DNA from: Polyangiales bacterium | GTDB lineage: Bacteria > Myxococcota_A > Polyangia > Polyangiales > Polyangiaceae | Reading direction: 5' to 3' | Assembly (NCBI GenBank): GCA_038230375.1 | Contig: JBBRNJ010000108.1 | Span: 1-25,304 of the forward strand | DNA length: 25,304 bases | In this document: one piece after another, positions 8,821-18,167 of the stretch | Numbering within the stretch: position 1 is the stretch's first letter | Layout: the number at the start of each line of letters is the position of its first letter | Made by a program: the position numbers and the translations under genes | Notes under the pieces: generated by a model | The model's database searches: none | Told to the model about the DNA's origin: nothing | What the model saw: the letters and a program-made list of their open reading frames with translations, nothing else

Positions 8821-9909
8821 ATGGACAAAAAGGCTTCGACGTTCCTCTTGTTCGCGAGCATCACGCCCGCCGTGATCGCACTCGGTGTGGCGTGTGGAGA
8901 TCCCCAGGAGCCGAAGACGCCCACCGCGCCCACAGCGTCAGCGCCCACGGTGGTGACGCCCATCGCGTCTGCGTCCGCGCCCACGCCGCCGCCCGTGGAC
9001 ACGACACCTAAGCCGCCAGAGCCCACGCTCGCGGAGAAGCAGCTCGCGTCGCTGGCCGCGGCAACGGAGGCGATGAACGCGCACGATCTCACTCGCTACG
9101 CCGAGCTCTTCACCAAGAACGTCATCCACAAGGAGGCGTCGGCGCAGGACATCCGTGGGCGCAACGAGATGAACAACCGCATGGGGTTGCTCTTCAGGGC
9201 GTTCCCGGACTTCAAGTTCGAGTTCGAGCGCGTGTGGCAGAAGGACAGCGTGGCCGTGGCCACGTGGAAATGGACCGGCACCGACAGCGGCGGCTACATC
9301 GAGCGAAAGCCCACGAATCGTCGCGCGGGCCTCCGCGGCGTCACGGTGGGCTTCTTCAACGCGGACGGCGCCATCCGCGAGGTTCACTTCTATGAAGACG
9401 GCGTGACCGTTGCCTCGCAGCTGGATCCAAAGGCCAAGGCGGGCAGCTTTCGCGGGGCGCCCGAGGACCCCACGGGCGCCAAGCCGCGCGCGACGGTCAG
9501 CAACAACGGTGACGAAGAGGTGAAGGCGCTCGCCGCGTCGAAGACGTTCTACGACGGGATCGAGACGCGGGACAAAGGCGGGCTCGCCACCATGGTCACG
9601 GACGACGTGACGGTGGACGATCTGGCCGCGCCGCTCCACCGCGAGAAGGGCAAGGCCGCCATCGATGCGCTGCTCGCCGACTGGACGAAGACGTTCGGAG
9701 CGTTCTCCGAGATGCCCCTCTACAACCAGGTCGCGGTAGGCAACACGGTCATCGTGGAGCGTGTCCTGTCGGGGAAGATGAACGGCAAGCCCGTGAAGCT
9801 GCACGCCCTGGACCTGCTCGAGACGAAGGACGGTAAGATCGCGAAGGTCACCGTCTACTCGGACACGCTGGAGCTCTGGCATCAGGCAGGTCCACAGGTT
9901 CACAGATAG
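8821..9909 (+). CDS. Lipoprotein with two tandem SnoaL-like/ester cyclase (NTF2-fold) domains (362 aa)
   Basis: ATG 8821, lipobox LGVAC, Pro/Thr/Ala linker; domain 1 AMNAHD…FRAFPDFKF…WKWTGT…PTNRR…DGAIRE; domain 2 FYDGIETRD…KDGKIAKVTVYSD. Confidence 0.8.
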   Translation: MDKKASTFLLFASITPAVIALGVACGDPQEPKTPTAPTASAPTVVTPIASASAPTPPPVDTTPKPPEPTLAEKQLASLAAATEAMNAHDLTRYAELFTKNVIHKEASAQDIRGRNEMNNRMGLLFRAFPDFKFEFERVWQKDSVAVATWKWTGTDSGGYIERKPTNRRAGLRGVTVGFFNADGAIREVHFYEDGVTVASQLDPKAKAGSFRGAPEDPTGAKPRATVSNNGDEEVKALAASKTFYDGIETRDKGGLATMVTDDVTVDDLAAPLHREKGKAAIDALLADWTKTFGAFSEMPLYNQVAVGNTVIVERVLSGKMNGKPVKLHALDLLETKDGKIAKVTVYSDTLELWHQAGPQVHR

Positions 9910-11004
9910 ATGCGCGACGCGAACCGCCCGAGGGGCATCGAAGCAGGCATGCCAACGTCGCTCACCGCGGATGCACGCACGATGGGTCTACGGCGCGAGC
10001 GCACGCTGGCTTCCAGGCAGTTCGTGGATGGGTCGTTCGCGAATCCCGCGGGCACGAGCGGGGTGCCGGCGCAGCTGCCGAAGCCGTCCGGATCCGTCAT
10101 GGGCGAGTTCCTCTTCAAGCGCGGCCGACGCGTGCCGGACAAGCCGCTGCCGGTGGTGCGCCCGCACGACGCGTGGACGCGGCCAGCCGAGACGGGCTTC
10201 CGCGCGACATGGCTGGGTCACAGCACGGTGCTCTTGGAGATGGACGGCCGCCGTGTGCTCACGGACCCGGTCTTCGCGGAGCGCATCTCACCGGTGAGCT
10301 TCGTGGGGCCGAAGCGCTTTCATCCGACGCCCGCAAAGCTCTCGGAGCTGCCCAAGCTGGACGCGGTGGTCCTCTCGCACGACCACTTCGATCACCTGTG
10401 CGCGAGCTCGATCGCGGAGCTTGGTCGCATGCGCGTGCCGATCGTCACGGCGCTGGGCGTGGGCGCGCATCTCGTGTCGTGCGGCGTGGACCCGGCGAAC
10501 ATCACGGAGCTCGACTGGAACGAGAGCACGCAGCTCCCCGGTCTGAAGCTCACGGCCACGCCCGCGCAACACTTCTCCGGACGTGGTCCTTTCAGCCGCA
10601 ACAAGACCCTGTGGGCGTCATGGGTCATGGAGAGCGAACGTCGCAAGGTCTTCTTCTCCGGCGACACCGGCCTCACGGACGACTTCACCCGCATCGCTCG
10701 CGCGCATGGCCCGTTCGACATGGTGATGCTCGAGGTCGGCGCATTCCACCCGAGCTGGGGCAGCATCCACCTTGGGCCGGCGAACGCGCTCACGGCGTTC
10801 GACATGCTGGGCGGCGGCACGCTGCTCCCCGTGCACTGGGGAACGTTCAACCTTGCGCTGCACGACTGGGAGGAGCCAGCCGAGACGCTGCTCGGCCTTT
10901 CGGAGCAGCAGAAGAAGCGGATCCTCACGCCGCGCCTGGGCGAAGCGCTGGAGCCCGAGCGAGTAGAAGGCGTGAACCCGTGGTGGAGAGAGCTTCTGAC
11001 GTGA
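9910..11004 (+). CDS. MBL-fold metallo-hydrolase (RomA/NAPE-PLD-like)
   Basis: WLGHSTVLL, TDPVF, SHDHFDH (HxHxDH), PAQHFSGR, SGDTG, PVHWGTFNLA; alternative start ATG 9949. Confidence 0.9.
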   Translation: MRDANRPRGIEAGMPTSLTADARTMGLRRERTLASRQFVDGSFANPAGTSGVPAQLPKPSGSVMGEFLFKRGRRVPDKPLPVVRPHDAWTRPAETGFRATWLGHSTVLLEMDGRRVLTDPVFAERISPVSFVGPKRFHPTPAKLSELPKLDAVVLSHDHFDHLCASSIAELGRMRVPIVTALGVGAHLVSCGVDPANITELDWNESTQLPGLKLTATPAQHFSGRGPFSRNKTLWASWVMESERRKVFFSGDTGLTDDFTRIARAHGPFDMVMLEVGAFHPSWGSIHLGPANALTAFDMLGGGTLLPVHWGTFNLALHDWEEPAETLLGLSEQQKKRILTPRLGEALEPERVEGVNPWWRELLT

Positions 11005-11077
11005 CTCCGTAGCAAGCCGATGTCGGGTTCCATCGGACCCACATGTGCCGCGGCAGGAGCCGCAAACGGAGTCGTCC

Positions 11078-11110
11078 CAAACAATTTGCGTGCGCAAGGC
11101 AAATTGTTTG
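11078..11110. promoter_or_regulatory. Perfect 12-bp AT-rich inverted repeat (candidate operator)
   Basis: CAAACAATTTGC-gtgcgcaag-GCAAATTGTTTG, ending 15 bp before ATG 11126. Confidence 0.55.
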
Positions 11111-11125
11111 CTATCCCTTTCTGCC

Positions 11126-12730
11126 ATGCGGAAGGCTCGCTCTGGCGTGGCGGTTCGTTGTTTCACGGTCCTTGTTGCAGCCTGCGGGACGCTCGCAGCG
11201 CAGGCGTGTGCGCAGGGCGGAGACGTTGGAGCTGCGCCGCTCGATCCGGGGCAGGGCGGCGGCGGAGGGTACGAGGGCGGCGCGAACGAGGCCGGAGCAT
11301 CTGTTGCGGATGCCGGTGCGCTGCCGGCCTTGCCACCCGTGGACACGACGCCAGCGGAGCGAATCGGCGTCTACGACTGGGGCGCGGATGATTCGCAGTT
11401 CGCCGCTGCTGGCGGCGGGGCCACCGACCGGCTGACCTGGAGCGCCGCGAAGGTGAAGGCGCTCGGCGCGCACACGATCCGTGTCGCGCTCTCGTCGCAC
11501 GATCCCTACAAGGTGAACCCGGCAGGCGCATTCAACCTGGCCACCGCGGCGGCCGCGCCCGCCTACGATGCGCTCTTCGCGGACCCGCAGCTCCACACGA
11601 TCATCGTGACGGCGTACTCCGCCGCGGACGAGACCTCGCCATGGCAGAACGGCTACTCCGCCGCGGACGCCGCCTCGGAGACGGAGGAAGTGAAGGCGCT
11701 CGCCCAGCGCCTGCTCGTGAAATACCCAGGCAAGACGTTCGTGATCGCGAACTGGGAAGGCGACAACGCGATCGCCCCGTTCGCAAAGTCGGCCGCCGCG
11801 TGGACCGGCTACCAGGACTGGATCAACGCGCGCGCGGACGGCGTCGCAGCCGCACGGGCGGAGACCCCAGCAAGCACCAGTCGCGTGTATTCTGCACTTG
11901 AATTCAACGCGCTCCGCGGCGCGGACAACAAGACAGCGTGTGGCAGCGCAGGGCAGCGGTGCGTCGTGACTGACGTGGCTCCGAACGTGCGCGCGGACCT
12001 CTACGCGTACTCGTCGTGGCAATCGCTCTCGGCGGACCTGGACGAGACCAAGATCGGCGCGCGCCTCGCAGGCGACCTCGATCAGGCGCTCGCGTTCGTG
12101 CAGAAGGGCCGTCCCACCATCACGAAGGACCGCTTCTTCGTGGGCGAGCTGGGCGCACCCCGCGACGAGGTCAGCGCGAACTTCGGCGAATGCAAGACCG
12201 CCGCGCGCATGGTCGCTGCCATCTCCTCCGCCACCACCTGGGGCGCGCGCTGGGCCATCGACTGGCAGATCATCGACAACGCGCCCACCGCGACGGGCCC
12301 AGAGGTCCTGGGCTTTGGCCTCATCAAGGCGTCGGGCGCGAACAGCCTCTCGTACGCCATGCTCTCCCAGATGTACGCCGGCACCGCAAATCCCAGCGTC
12401 CCGGCCGCCACCTGGTGTCCCGACATCAACGTGGGCGGCATCATCAACGGCGCGCCGGGCACGGCCATCAAGGTCGGCTCCACGGTCTCACTCTACGGTC
12501 ACTTCGCTGCCACGCAGATGGACACGCCAAAGGGCTACGTCGTCCACGTGCGCATTGCGGACAAGCAGACGGATGTCACCGTGGGCACGCCCTACTGGTT
12601 CGAGTCCTACCAGCAGCTCAACGCGACGCTCGCCGGCAGCGGCATGGCACCCGCGAAGGGCGCGCTGGTCTGGGTCACGTCCCCCGCGGGCGTCGATAGC
12701 AACGGCCAGTACATCGACATCGCGCCGTGA
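11126..12730 (+). CDS. Lipoprotein, putative clan GH-A-like TIM-barrel glycoside hydrolase with C-terminal Ig/TIG-like domain (534 aa)
   Basis: ATG 11126, signal peptide with Cys; LGAHTIRV, IANWEGDN (acid/base-like Glu), FFVGELG (nucleophile-like Glu), DWQIIDN; C-terminal GSTVSLYG…QQLNATL. Confidence 0.6.
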   Translation: MRKARSGVAVRCFTVLVAACGTLAAQACAQGGDVGAAPLDPGQGGGGGYEGGANEAGASVADAGALPALPPVDTTPAERIGVYDWGADDSQFAAAGGGATDRLTWSAAKVKALGAHTIRVALSSHDPYKVNPAGAFNLATAAAAPAYDALFADPQLHTIIVTAYSAADETSPWQNGYSAADAASETEEVKALAQRLLVKYPGKTFVIANWEGDNAIAPFAKSAAAWTGYQDWINARADGVAAARAETPASTSRVYSALEFNALRGADNKTACGSAGQRCVVTDVAPNVRADLYAYSSWQSLSADLDETKIGARLAGDLDQALAFVQKGRPTITKDRFFVGELGAPRDEVSANFGECKTAARMVAAISSATTWGARWAIDWQIIDNAPTATGPEVLGFGLIKASGANSLSYAMLSQMYAGTANPSVPAATWCPDINVGGIINGAPGTAIKVGSTVSLYGHFAATQMDTPKGYVVHVRIADKQTDVTVGTPYWFESYQQLNATLAGSGMAPAKGALVWVTSPAGVDSNGQYIDIAP

Positions 12731-12757
12731 GCTCGTTGCGGCTTCAAGGAGTGGTTC

Positions 12758-15118
12758 TCAGAGGCCTCCGCTCACCGACTTCATGAAGCCTCGGCCGTCC
12801 AGGCCGACGTACGCGACGTTTGCGTCATTCGGATCGATCGCCGCGGACTTCACCGTCCAGCCGGAGACGCCCGACGACACCCAGAGCTGTCCCGCCGTGG
12901 TCGTGCGCCACACGCCCTGATTGGTGCCTGCGAGCAACGTCTGCGGATGCGCGGCGTCGATCGCGAGCACGATGGCAGCCGACGGAAGACCCACGCCCGC
13001 GGCCGCCCATGTTGCGCCCGCATCTGCGCTGCGATGCACGGTGCCGCCGTACGCGGCAAACACGATGTTTGCATTCGTGGGGTCCACGAGCACCGCGGTC
13101 GTCGCAGTCGTGCCCGCGAGCGCGGCCCACGTCTGACCCATGTCGACGGTCTTGTAGAGGCCGTTGTTCATGGCCATGTACGCGACACTCGCGTTCGCCG
13201 GGTCCACCGCGCACGCACTCGCGCTCCCCGGTACTCCCGCCGGATTGGTCCACGTTGCGCCGCCGGCCTGCGTGCCGTTCGTGGTGACGAAGATGCCCAG
13301 CCCGTACGTCGTGCCGGCGAACACCACGTCGGGATTCGCAGCCGCCGTGCAGATCGCATTGAATGACACGTTGCCCGTCCCGGTGAGCGCGAACGGTGTG
13401 CCCTTGGTCGTGGTGACGGACATCCCGACGCCGTTGCTTCCTACATAGACGACGTCCGGATTGCTCGGGGAGATCCCGATCACCTCGTCGCCGTTGAGCG
13501 CCGGACCCGTGAGGTTCGCGAAGGTCTGCCCGCCGTCCGCGGTCTTCCGGATGTTGATGTATCCGCCGCCGAAGAACCCGATGCCGGTCGTCTTCGGATC
13601 GAGCGCCACGGAGTTGCCAAGGAACGCCGCAAGCCCGCTCCCGCTGTTCTGCCAGGTCGCCGCCGCATCCAGCGAATGGTAGATGCCGACCGCCGCACCG
13701 GAATAGAGCCCCACGTAGACGATGTCTGCGTTGCTCGGCGCCACAGTCATCCTGAACGGGTACGACGGATAGCCCATCGCCTTCCACGACGCGCCGCCGT
13801 CGGTGGACTTGAAGACGTCCTTTACGTAGTCGGACATGTACATGCGCATGTTGTCGGCTGGGTCGAAGGCGATCCCTTCCACGGTCGCGTTCGCGCGGAT
13901 GTTTCCGAGCACCGCTTGCCAGGCGCCGCCTCCGGTCGAGTGATAGAGGCCTCCGGCACCGGACGCATCGCCCGTGAACACGTTGGTCTCGTCTGCTGGA
14001 TCGATCGCGAAGACCTGTGAGCTCGGCAGCGTCGCCGGGAAGCCCGCATTGAGCGCAGTGAACGTGGCGCCCGCGTCAGCGGACTTCCACACGCCCTGAT
14101 TGCCTGCCATCACGTAGAGCACCTGCGGGTTGTGCTTTGCGACGGAGATCGCGTGAATGAGCACGGCTCCGAAGCCCGGCGCGACCGCGGGCGCGCTCCA
14201 GGTCTTTCCAGCATCGACGCTCTTCAGGAACGCGGCGCCGGTGCCCCAGTACAGCGTCGTGGGCGTGACCGGATCGATCGCGAGCGCCTGCACGTAGTCG
14301 GTGGTGTGCCCCGCGTTCGACGCGCTCCACGTTGCTCCGGCATCAACGGATTTGTAGACGCCCTTCGAGCCGTTGCCCGCGTACACCGTGGTGGGCGTCT
14401 TGGGATCGATCACGAGCCCCGCAGAGAACGAGCCCGGGAGGCCAAGAAACTTCCACGTGGGTGAGGCGGTTGCGCCGTTGGTCGTGCCCCAGATGCCACC
14501 GCCGTTCGCCGCGCCGTACACGATGTCGGGGTTCGTCGGGTGGACCGCGATCGAAGAGAAGTTTGCAGCCGCAGCGCCGGTGTCGAACGGCGCCCACGCG
14601 TCGATCGCGATCGACGTCGATTGTCCGAACGCGGTGGCAGTGCTTGCAGACAGCACGTAATTGCCCTGCCGATCGCACGCGATGTCACCGAACGTCGCGA
14701 CGCCGTTCACTGCAAGCGCCGTTGTGGTTCCGAGCAGTGCGCCCGCCGCGGGGCCCTTGCCAACGCTCAACGTGACGTTGCCATTGTATACAGCGTCCGT
14801 CTTGCCGGCCGCGTCGAGCACGGTGACCGTCATGCTTCCGAGCAGCACGCGCGAGTACCCGGTCGTGGGGACGCCCGCGATCGTGATGCCGTTCACGTGT
14901 CCTGCGTCGCCTCCGTCGTTGGTCGTGCTGCCGTCGGTCTTCCCGCCAGCATCCGTGAGCCCACCGGCATCGCCGGAGCTGGAGGTGCTGCCATCGCTGC
15001 CGGAGTCGCCCGCGTCGCCGTTCGAATTCGTCGTGCTGTCGTCGTTGCCACCGCAAGCGACGAAGAGCCCGGCCACGATCACGGCACCGAAGAGGGAAGC
15101 AGTTCGCATCCCTTCCAT
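12758..15118 (-). CDS. Lipoprotein with Ig-like domain and about 14 Asp-box/BNR repeats (double beta-propeller; GH74/VPS10-like architecture)
   Basis: Lipobox FVAC-GG, DAG linker; repeated [AI]xDPxxPxxVY…KSxDAGxTW units; alternative start ATG 15109. Confidence 0.85.
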   Translation of the reverse strand: MEGMRTASLFGAVIVAGLFVACGGNDDSTTNSNGDAGDSGSDGSTSSSGDAGGLTDAGGKTDGSTTNDGGDAGHVNGITIAGVPTTGYSRVLLGSMTVTVLDAAGKTDAVYNGNVTLSVGKGPAAGALLGTTTALAVNGVATFGDIACDRQGNYVLSASTATAFGQSTSIAIDAWAPFDTGAAAANFSSIAVHPTNPDIVYGAANGGGIWGTTNGATASPTWKFLGLPGSFSAGLVIDPKTPTTVYAGNGSKGVYKSVDAGATWSASNAGHTTDYVQALAIDPVTPTTLYWGTGAAFLKSVDAGKTWSAPAVAPGFGAVLIHAISVAKHNPQVLYVMAGNQGVWKSADAGATFTALNAGFPATLPSSQVFAIDPADETNVFTGDASGAGGLYHSTGGGAWQAVLGNIRANATVEGIAFDPADNMRMYMSDYVKDVFKSTDGGASWKAMGYPSYPFRMTVAPSNADIVYVGLYSGAAVGIYHSLDAAATWQNSGSGLAAFLGNSVALDPKTTGIGFFGGGYINIRKTADGGQTFANLTGPALNGDEVIGISPSNPDVVYVGSNGVGMSVTTTKGTPFALTGTGNVSFNAICTAAANPDVVFAGTTYGLGIFVTTNGTQAGGATWTNPAGVPGSASACAVDPANASVAYMAMNNGLYKTVDMGQTWAALAGTTATTAVLVDPTNANIVFAAYGGTVHRSADAGATWAAAGVGLPSAAIVLAIDAAHPQTLLAGTNQGVWRTTTAGQLWVSSGVSGWTVKSAAIDPNDANVAYVGLDGRGFMKSVSGGL

Positions 15119-15161
15119 GTCCCCGCAAGGCCCGATCCGGCCTGAGCGTTCGATGAGGCGG

Positions 15162-16268
15162 CTAGTTCTCGGACTTCGAAGGCGTCTTGGCGGGCTCCTT
15201 CTCCTTCTCCTTCTCCTTTTCCTTCTCCTTCTTGGAGGCGACCTCGGCCGCGCGCTTTGGCGACAGCTTGCCGTCTTCTTCCAGCATCTCGGCGCGTATG
15301 CGCCCTGCCACGAAGAGCGCCGGGAACGAGAGGAAGAACCCGACGAACCCGAACAGGTGCTCGCACGCGATCAGGCTCAGGATCAGCACGAACCCGGGCA
15401 AATGCACGTGTCGCGCGGTGAGGCGCGGGTTCAGGTAGTACGACTCGATCTTGTGCAGCACGAACGTGAGCACCACGAAGATGCCGACGCCGACCGGCCC
15501 CTTCGCCTGGTACGCGAGCAGCGACAGGACGACTCCCGAGACCAGGTTGCCGATCACCGGGATGAGCGCGGACACGAAGATGAGCACCATCAGCGCCGCC
15601 TTGTGTGGAATGCCCAGCGCGAAGAGCAAAGGCAGCGTGAGGAGCGTGTTGCAGAGCGCGACCACCATCTGCAGCTGCAGCGTCACGATGGTCGCGTCTG
15701 CCAGGTGACCGAGCCAGCGCATGAGCGTGCCCATGAGCGAGCGCGGCGCGACCTTGTGCGCGAACTCCTCTATGTGGTCGCCCTCGAGCACGAACACGAT
15801 CGCCAGGATGAAGCCGATGAGCGCGTACAGCAGGAAATGGCCGAGCAGCGCTGCGGCCTCGAGCGCGCCGTCCGCGTAGTGCTTGGCGCCCTCCATGATC
15901 TTCTCGGTGTCGCCGACCTTCTCGTGCAGCAGGGCGATGAGCGGATGGGTACGCGCCGTCGTGATCCAGTGCGGCACCTGCTCGCGCATGGCCGGGATGG
16001 CCTTGATGGCGCGGCCGACCTCGAGCGCGCCAAGACCCACGAGGATGCCCACGAACCCCAGGATGAGCCCGAGCACCGCGAATTTCTTCTTCACGCCGGT
16101 GCGATCGGAGATCTTCTTCGACAGGAAGTTGAGCGAGCGCTCGAACGTGACGAAGAACACCAGGATCGGCGCGAGATGCCGGAACAGGAAGAGGAGCACC
16201 AGGAACAGCACGATCGCCACCACGCGGCGCGGCGTCTTTTCAGCGAAGAAGTCTCCAACTCTGTCCAT
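15162..16268 (-). CDS. AI-2E family transporter (TqsA/PerM-like)
   Basis: Multiple TM segments; LIPVIGN, IESYYLNPRL, LPGFVLILSLIACEHLFGFVGFFLSFP motifs. Confidence 0.88.
   Translation of the reverse strand: MDRVGDFFAEKTPRRVVAIVLFLVLLFLFRHLAPILVFFVTFERSLNFLSKKISDRTGVKKKFAVLGLILGFVGILVGLGALEVGRAIKAIPAMREQVPHWITTARTHPLIALLHEKVGDTEKIMEGAKHYADGALEAAALLGHFLLYALIGFILAIVFVLEGDHIEEFAHKVAPRSLMGTLMRWLGHLADATIVTLQLQMVVALCNTLLTLPLLFALGIPHKAALMVLIFVSALIPVIGNLVSGVVLSLLAYQAKGPVGVGIFVVLTFVLHKIESYYLNPRLTARHVHLPGFVLILSLIACEHLFGFVGFFLSFPALFVAGRIRAEMLEEDGKLSPKRAAEVASKKEKEKEKEKEKEPAKTPSKSEN
15195..15230. repeat. In-frame hexamer microsatellite (CTCCTT)x6, one unit imperfect, encoding a KE tail
   Basis: Read directly; encodes KEKEKEKEKEKE at the transporter C-terminus. 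Confidence 0.8.
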
Positions 16269-16301
16269 CGGCGGCCATGGTCGCAGCGAAAGGGATCCGT
16301 T

Positions 16302-16317
16302 TGCAAACAGGTTCCCG
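16302..16317 (-). promoter_or_regulatory. Weak candidate sigma-54 promoter for the AI-2E gene
   Basis: Minus strand CGGGAACCTGTTTGCA = GG-N10-GC with TTGCA. Confidence 0.35.
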
Positions 16318-16394
16318 GGCGCGGGTCGAAACGAGGTCGATTTCGGGCCGGACCAACGCAGGACCGCGACCGATACCCCCGAGGTCGGGGCAAG

Positions 16395-18167
16395 CTACGG
16401 GGCCGCCATGTCGACAGCGGTGCCTTCGGGGTCTGCGCAGACCATGCTCGGCTGCGTGAGCGGGGCATCTGCCCGGATGGCGGCGAGGAGCTTCTTGCCG
16501 ACTTCATAGGACGGCACTTTGGCGCCGAGCCACCGGAACTCGCCGACGGTGAAATCGATGAAGGTCGTGCCCGCGAGATCCGCCTTGTGCTTCGCGATGA
16601 TCTTCCTGCTGCCCGGGAAGTCCGTCTTCTGCTTCGGCGTCACGCTGCCCATGAGCACCAGCGGAGTCTTGCAAGACGGCGTCGCGAGCGGCGGTGCGCT
16701 GACCAGGAAGCCCTCGGTGCTCGCGCTGCTGGTGCCGGACCCGACGGTCCGGTTGGTGCAGCGCAGCGTCTCCGATGGCGGCAGCGTGCGCAGGATGGCG
16801 CGTCGCTTCTCGTACTGCTGCTCCCCCCAGTGACTGGGCCATTCCGTGTAGGTTGCACTGATCCACACGTCTCGCGCGCTCTTCACCCAGATGTCCTCCA
16901 CACTGGGCACGTTGGTCTTGCTCTCGCTCCATGCGAACGGCGCCTTGGGGATCGGGACAAGGACCCACGCCGCTGTCGGCTCGTCCCAGCGCGCAAGCTT
17001 GCCGCCAAGGACTATCGCCCACGGCGTGCCCACGCCGACGCCCGCGAGCCGGGCCGCCACGTTCGTCGTCTGCGCGCTGCCGTCGGGCTTCTTTCCCGCC
17101 AGTGCGACATAGACCACGCCGTCGGCCCCTACGTGCACACCCGCCATGGGAGTCTGTGGCGGGGGCTTGGCCGGCCTCCAGCTCGTCCCGTCGAAGTGGA
17201 GGAGCGCGTCGCCCGTGTCGATGGTGACGTCCGTGGGCACTGTGCCGACCACGGAGATCGGGCCCTCCCATTCGTCGCTGCCGAGCACGTCCATCGCGAT
17301 CTTCCCGCCCGGCTTCCACCTCCGTACGACGCGCGTACAGGTCCGACTCGGCAGGGTGCCCGTGCACGCCGGGCCGAATGCCCATACGTCGCCGCTCGCG
17401 AACGTGGTGAGGCGTTGGATCGAGAAGCCCGCGGTGCCGAGCGGTGGCGCGGGGCCATCCGTGCCTTCAGCGATGATGCCGAGCTCCGTGCAGTGGTTCT
17501 GGCCGTCTTGTGAGCAAGCTGTCGCGACTCCCAGCGCCCCCTTCGGCAGGGGAGCGACCAGCCGGATCATGCGCGAGATGTTCGCGTCCGCGTCCGCACC
17601 GAACGCGAACGCCCAGCCGGAGCTTGTATAGTGCATGTACTTGGCCGCGCTGAACCCGCGGTTACCCACGTCCACGCCGTACCAGAGGTTGTCAGGGTAG
17701 CTGCCCGAGATGGCGCCGAAGTACGTCCCCTTGGAGAGGCCGCGGCTCAGCGCGTCCACGTCGGTGAGGCCCGTCTCCGTCGCACGCGCCACCTTCGCGA
17801 CGCCGTACTCGCCGTAGTGGACCAGGGCCGCGTTGTCGACGAACGACACCTTCGCCCCCACGCAGTCGCCGTCGATCACGTACGAGAACGGCGAGGGGCC
17901 CGGCTCTGGACGCGTGCCCCAGCGCAGCGGCGCCGCTCCGCCCGCATCCGCTGCCGCCAGTGCGCCACCGTCCGTCGTGCCGCTCGCGACGTCGCCGCTG
18001 GTCGGCGCGGCGCTGGTCGTGCTCGCGTCCGCGTCCATCGCGTGAGCCGCACGTGCCGCGTTCGGCCCGCGCGCAGGCCCGGCGCCCTTCTCCGCGCACG
18101 CGGCCACGAGACATACGCCCGCACCGATGGCGCCGAGGAGGGCTTTGCTGCGGGAGATGGTCTTCAT
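16395..18167 (-). CDS. Hypothetical lipoprotein (590 aa), partner of pentaheme cytochrome copy 2; likely beta-propeller-like
   Basis: Lipobox VAAC; ATGA overlap with the cytochrome stop; SGSYPDNLW, SGDVWAFG, LLHFDGTSW repeats; homologous to 5330..7075. Confidence 0.8.
   Translation of the reverse strand: MKTISRSKALLGAIGAGVCLVAACAEKGAGPARGPNAARAAHAMDADASTTSAAPTSGDVASGTTDGGALAAADAGGAAPLRWGTRPEPGPSPFSYVIDGDCVGAKVSFVDNAALVHYGEYGVAKVARATETGLTDVDALSRGLSKGTYFGAISGSYPDNLWYGVDVGNRGFSAAKYMHYTSSGWAFAFGADADANISRMIRLVAPLPKGALGVATACSQDGQNHCTELGIIAEGTDGPAPPLGTAGFSIQRLTTFASGDVWAFGPACTGTLPSRTCTRVVRRWKPGGKIAMDVLGSDEWEGPISVVGTVPTDVTIDTGDALLHFDGTSWRPAKPPPQTPMAGVHVGADGVVYVALAGKKPDGSAQTTNVAARLAGVGVGTPWAIVLGGKLARWDEPTAAWVLVPIPKAPFAWSESKTNVPSVEDIWVKSARDVWISATYTEWPSHWGEQQYEKRRAILRTLPPSETLRCTNRTVGSGTSSASTEGFLVSAPPLATPSCKTPLVLMGSVTPKQKTDFPGSRKIIAKHKADLAGTTFIDFTVGEFRWLGAKVPSYEVGKKLLAAIRADAPLTQPSMVCADPEGTAVDMAAP

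Noticed and set aside
7171..9909. 912-aa ORF as a single giant protein
   Set aside because: Its first ~550 codons are the antisense of 7177..8613; the real gene starts at ATG 8821 with a lipoprotein signal
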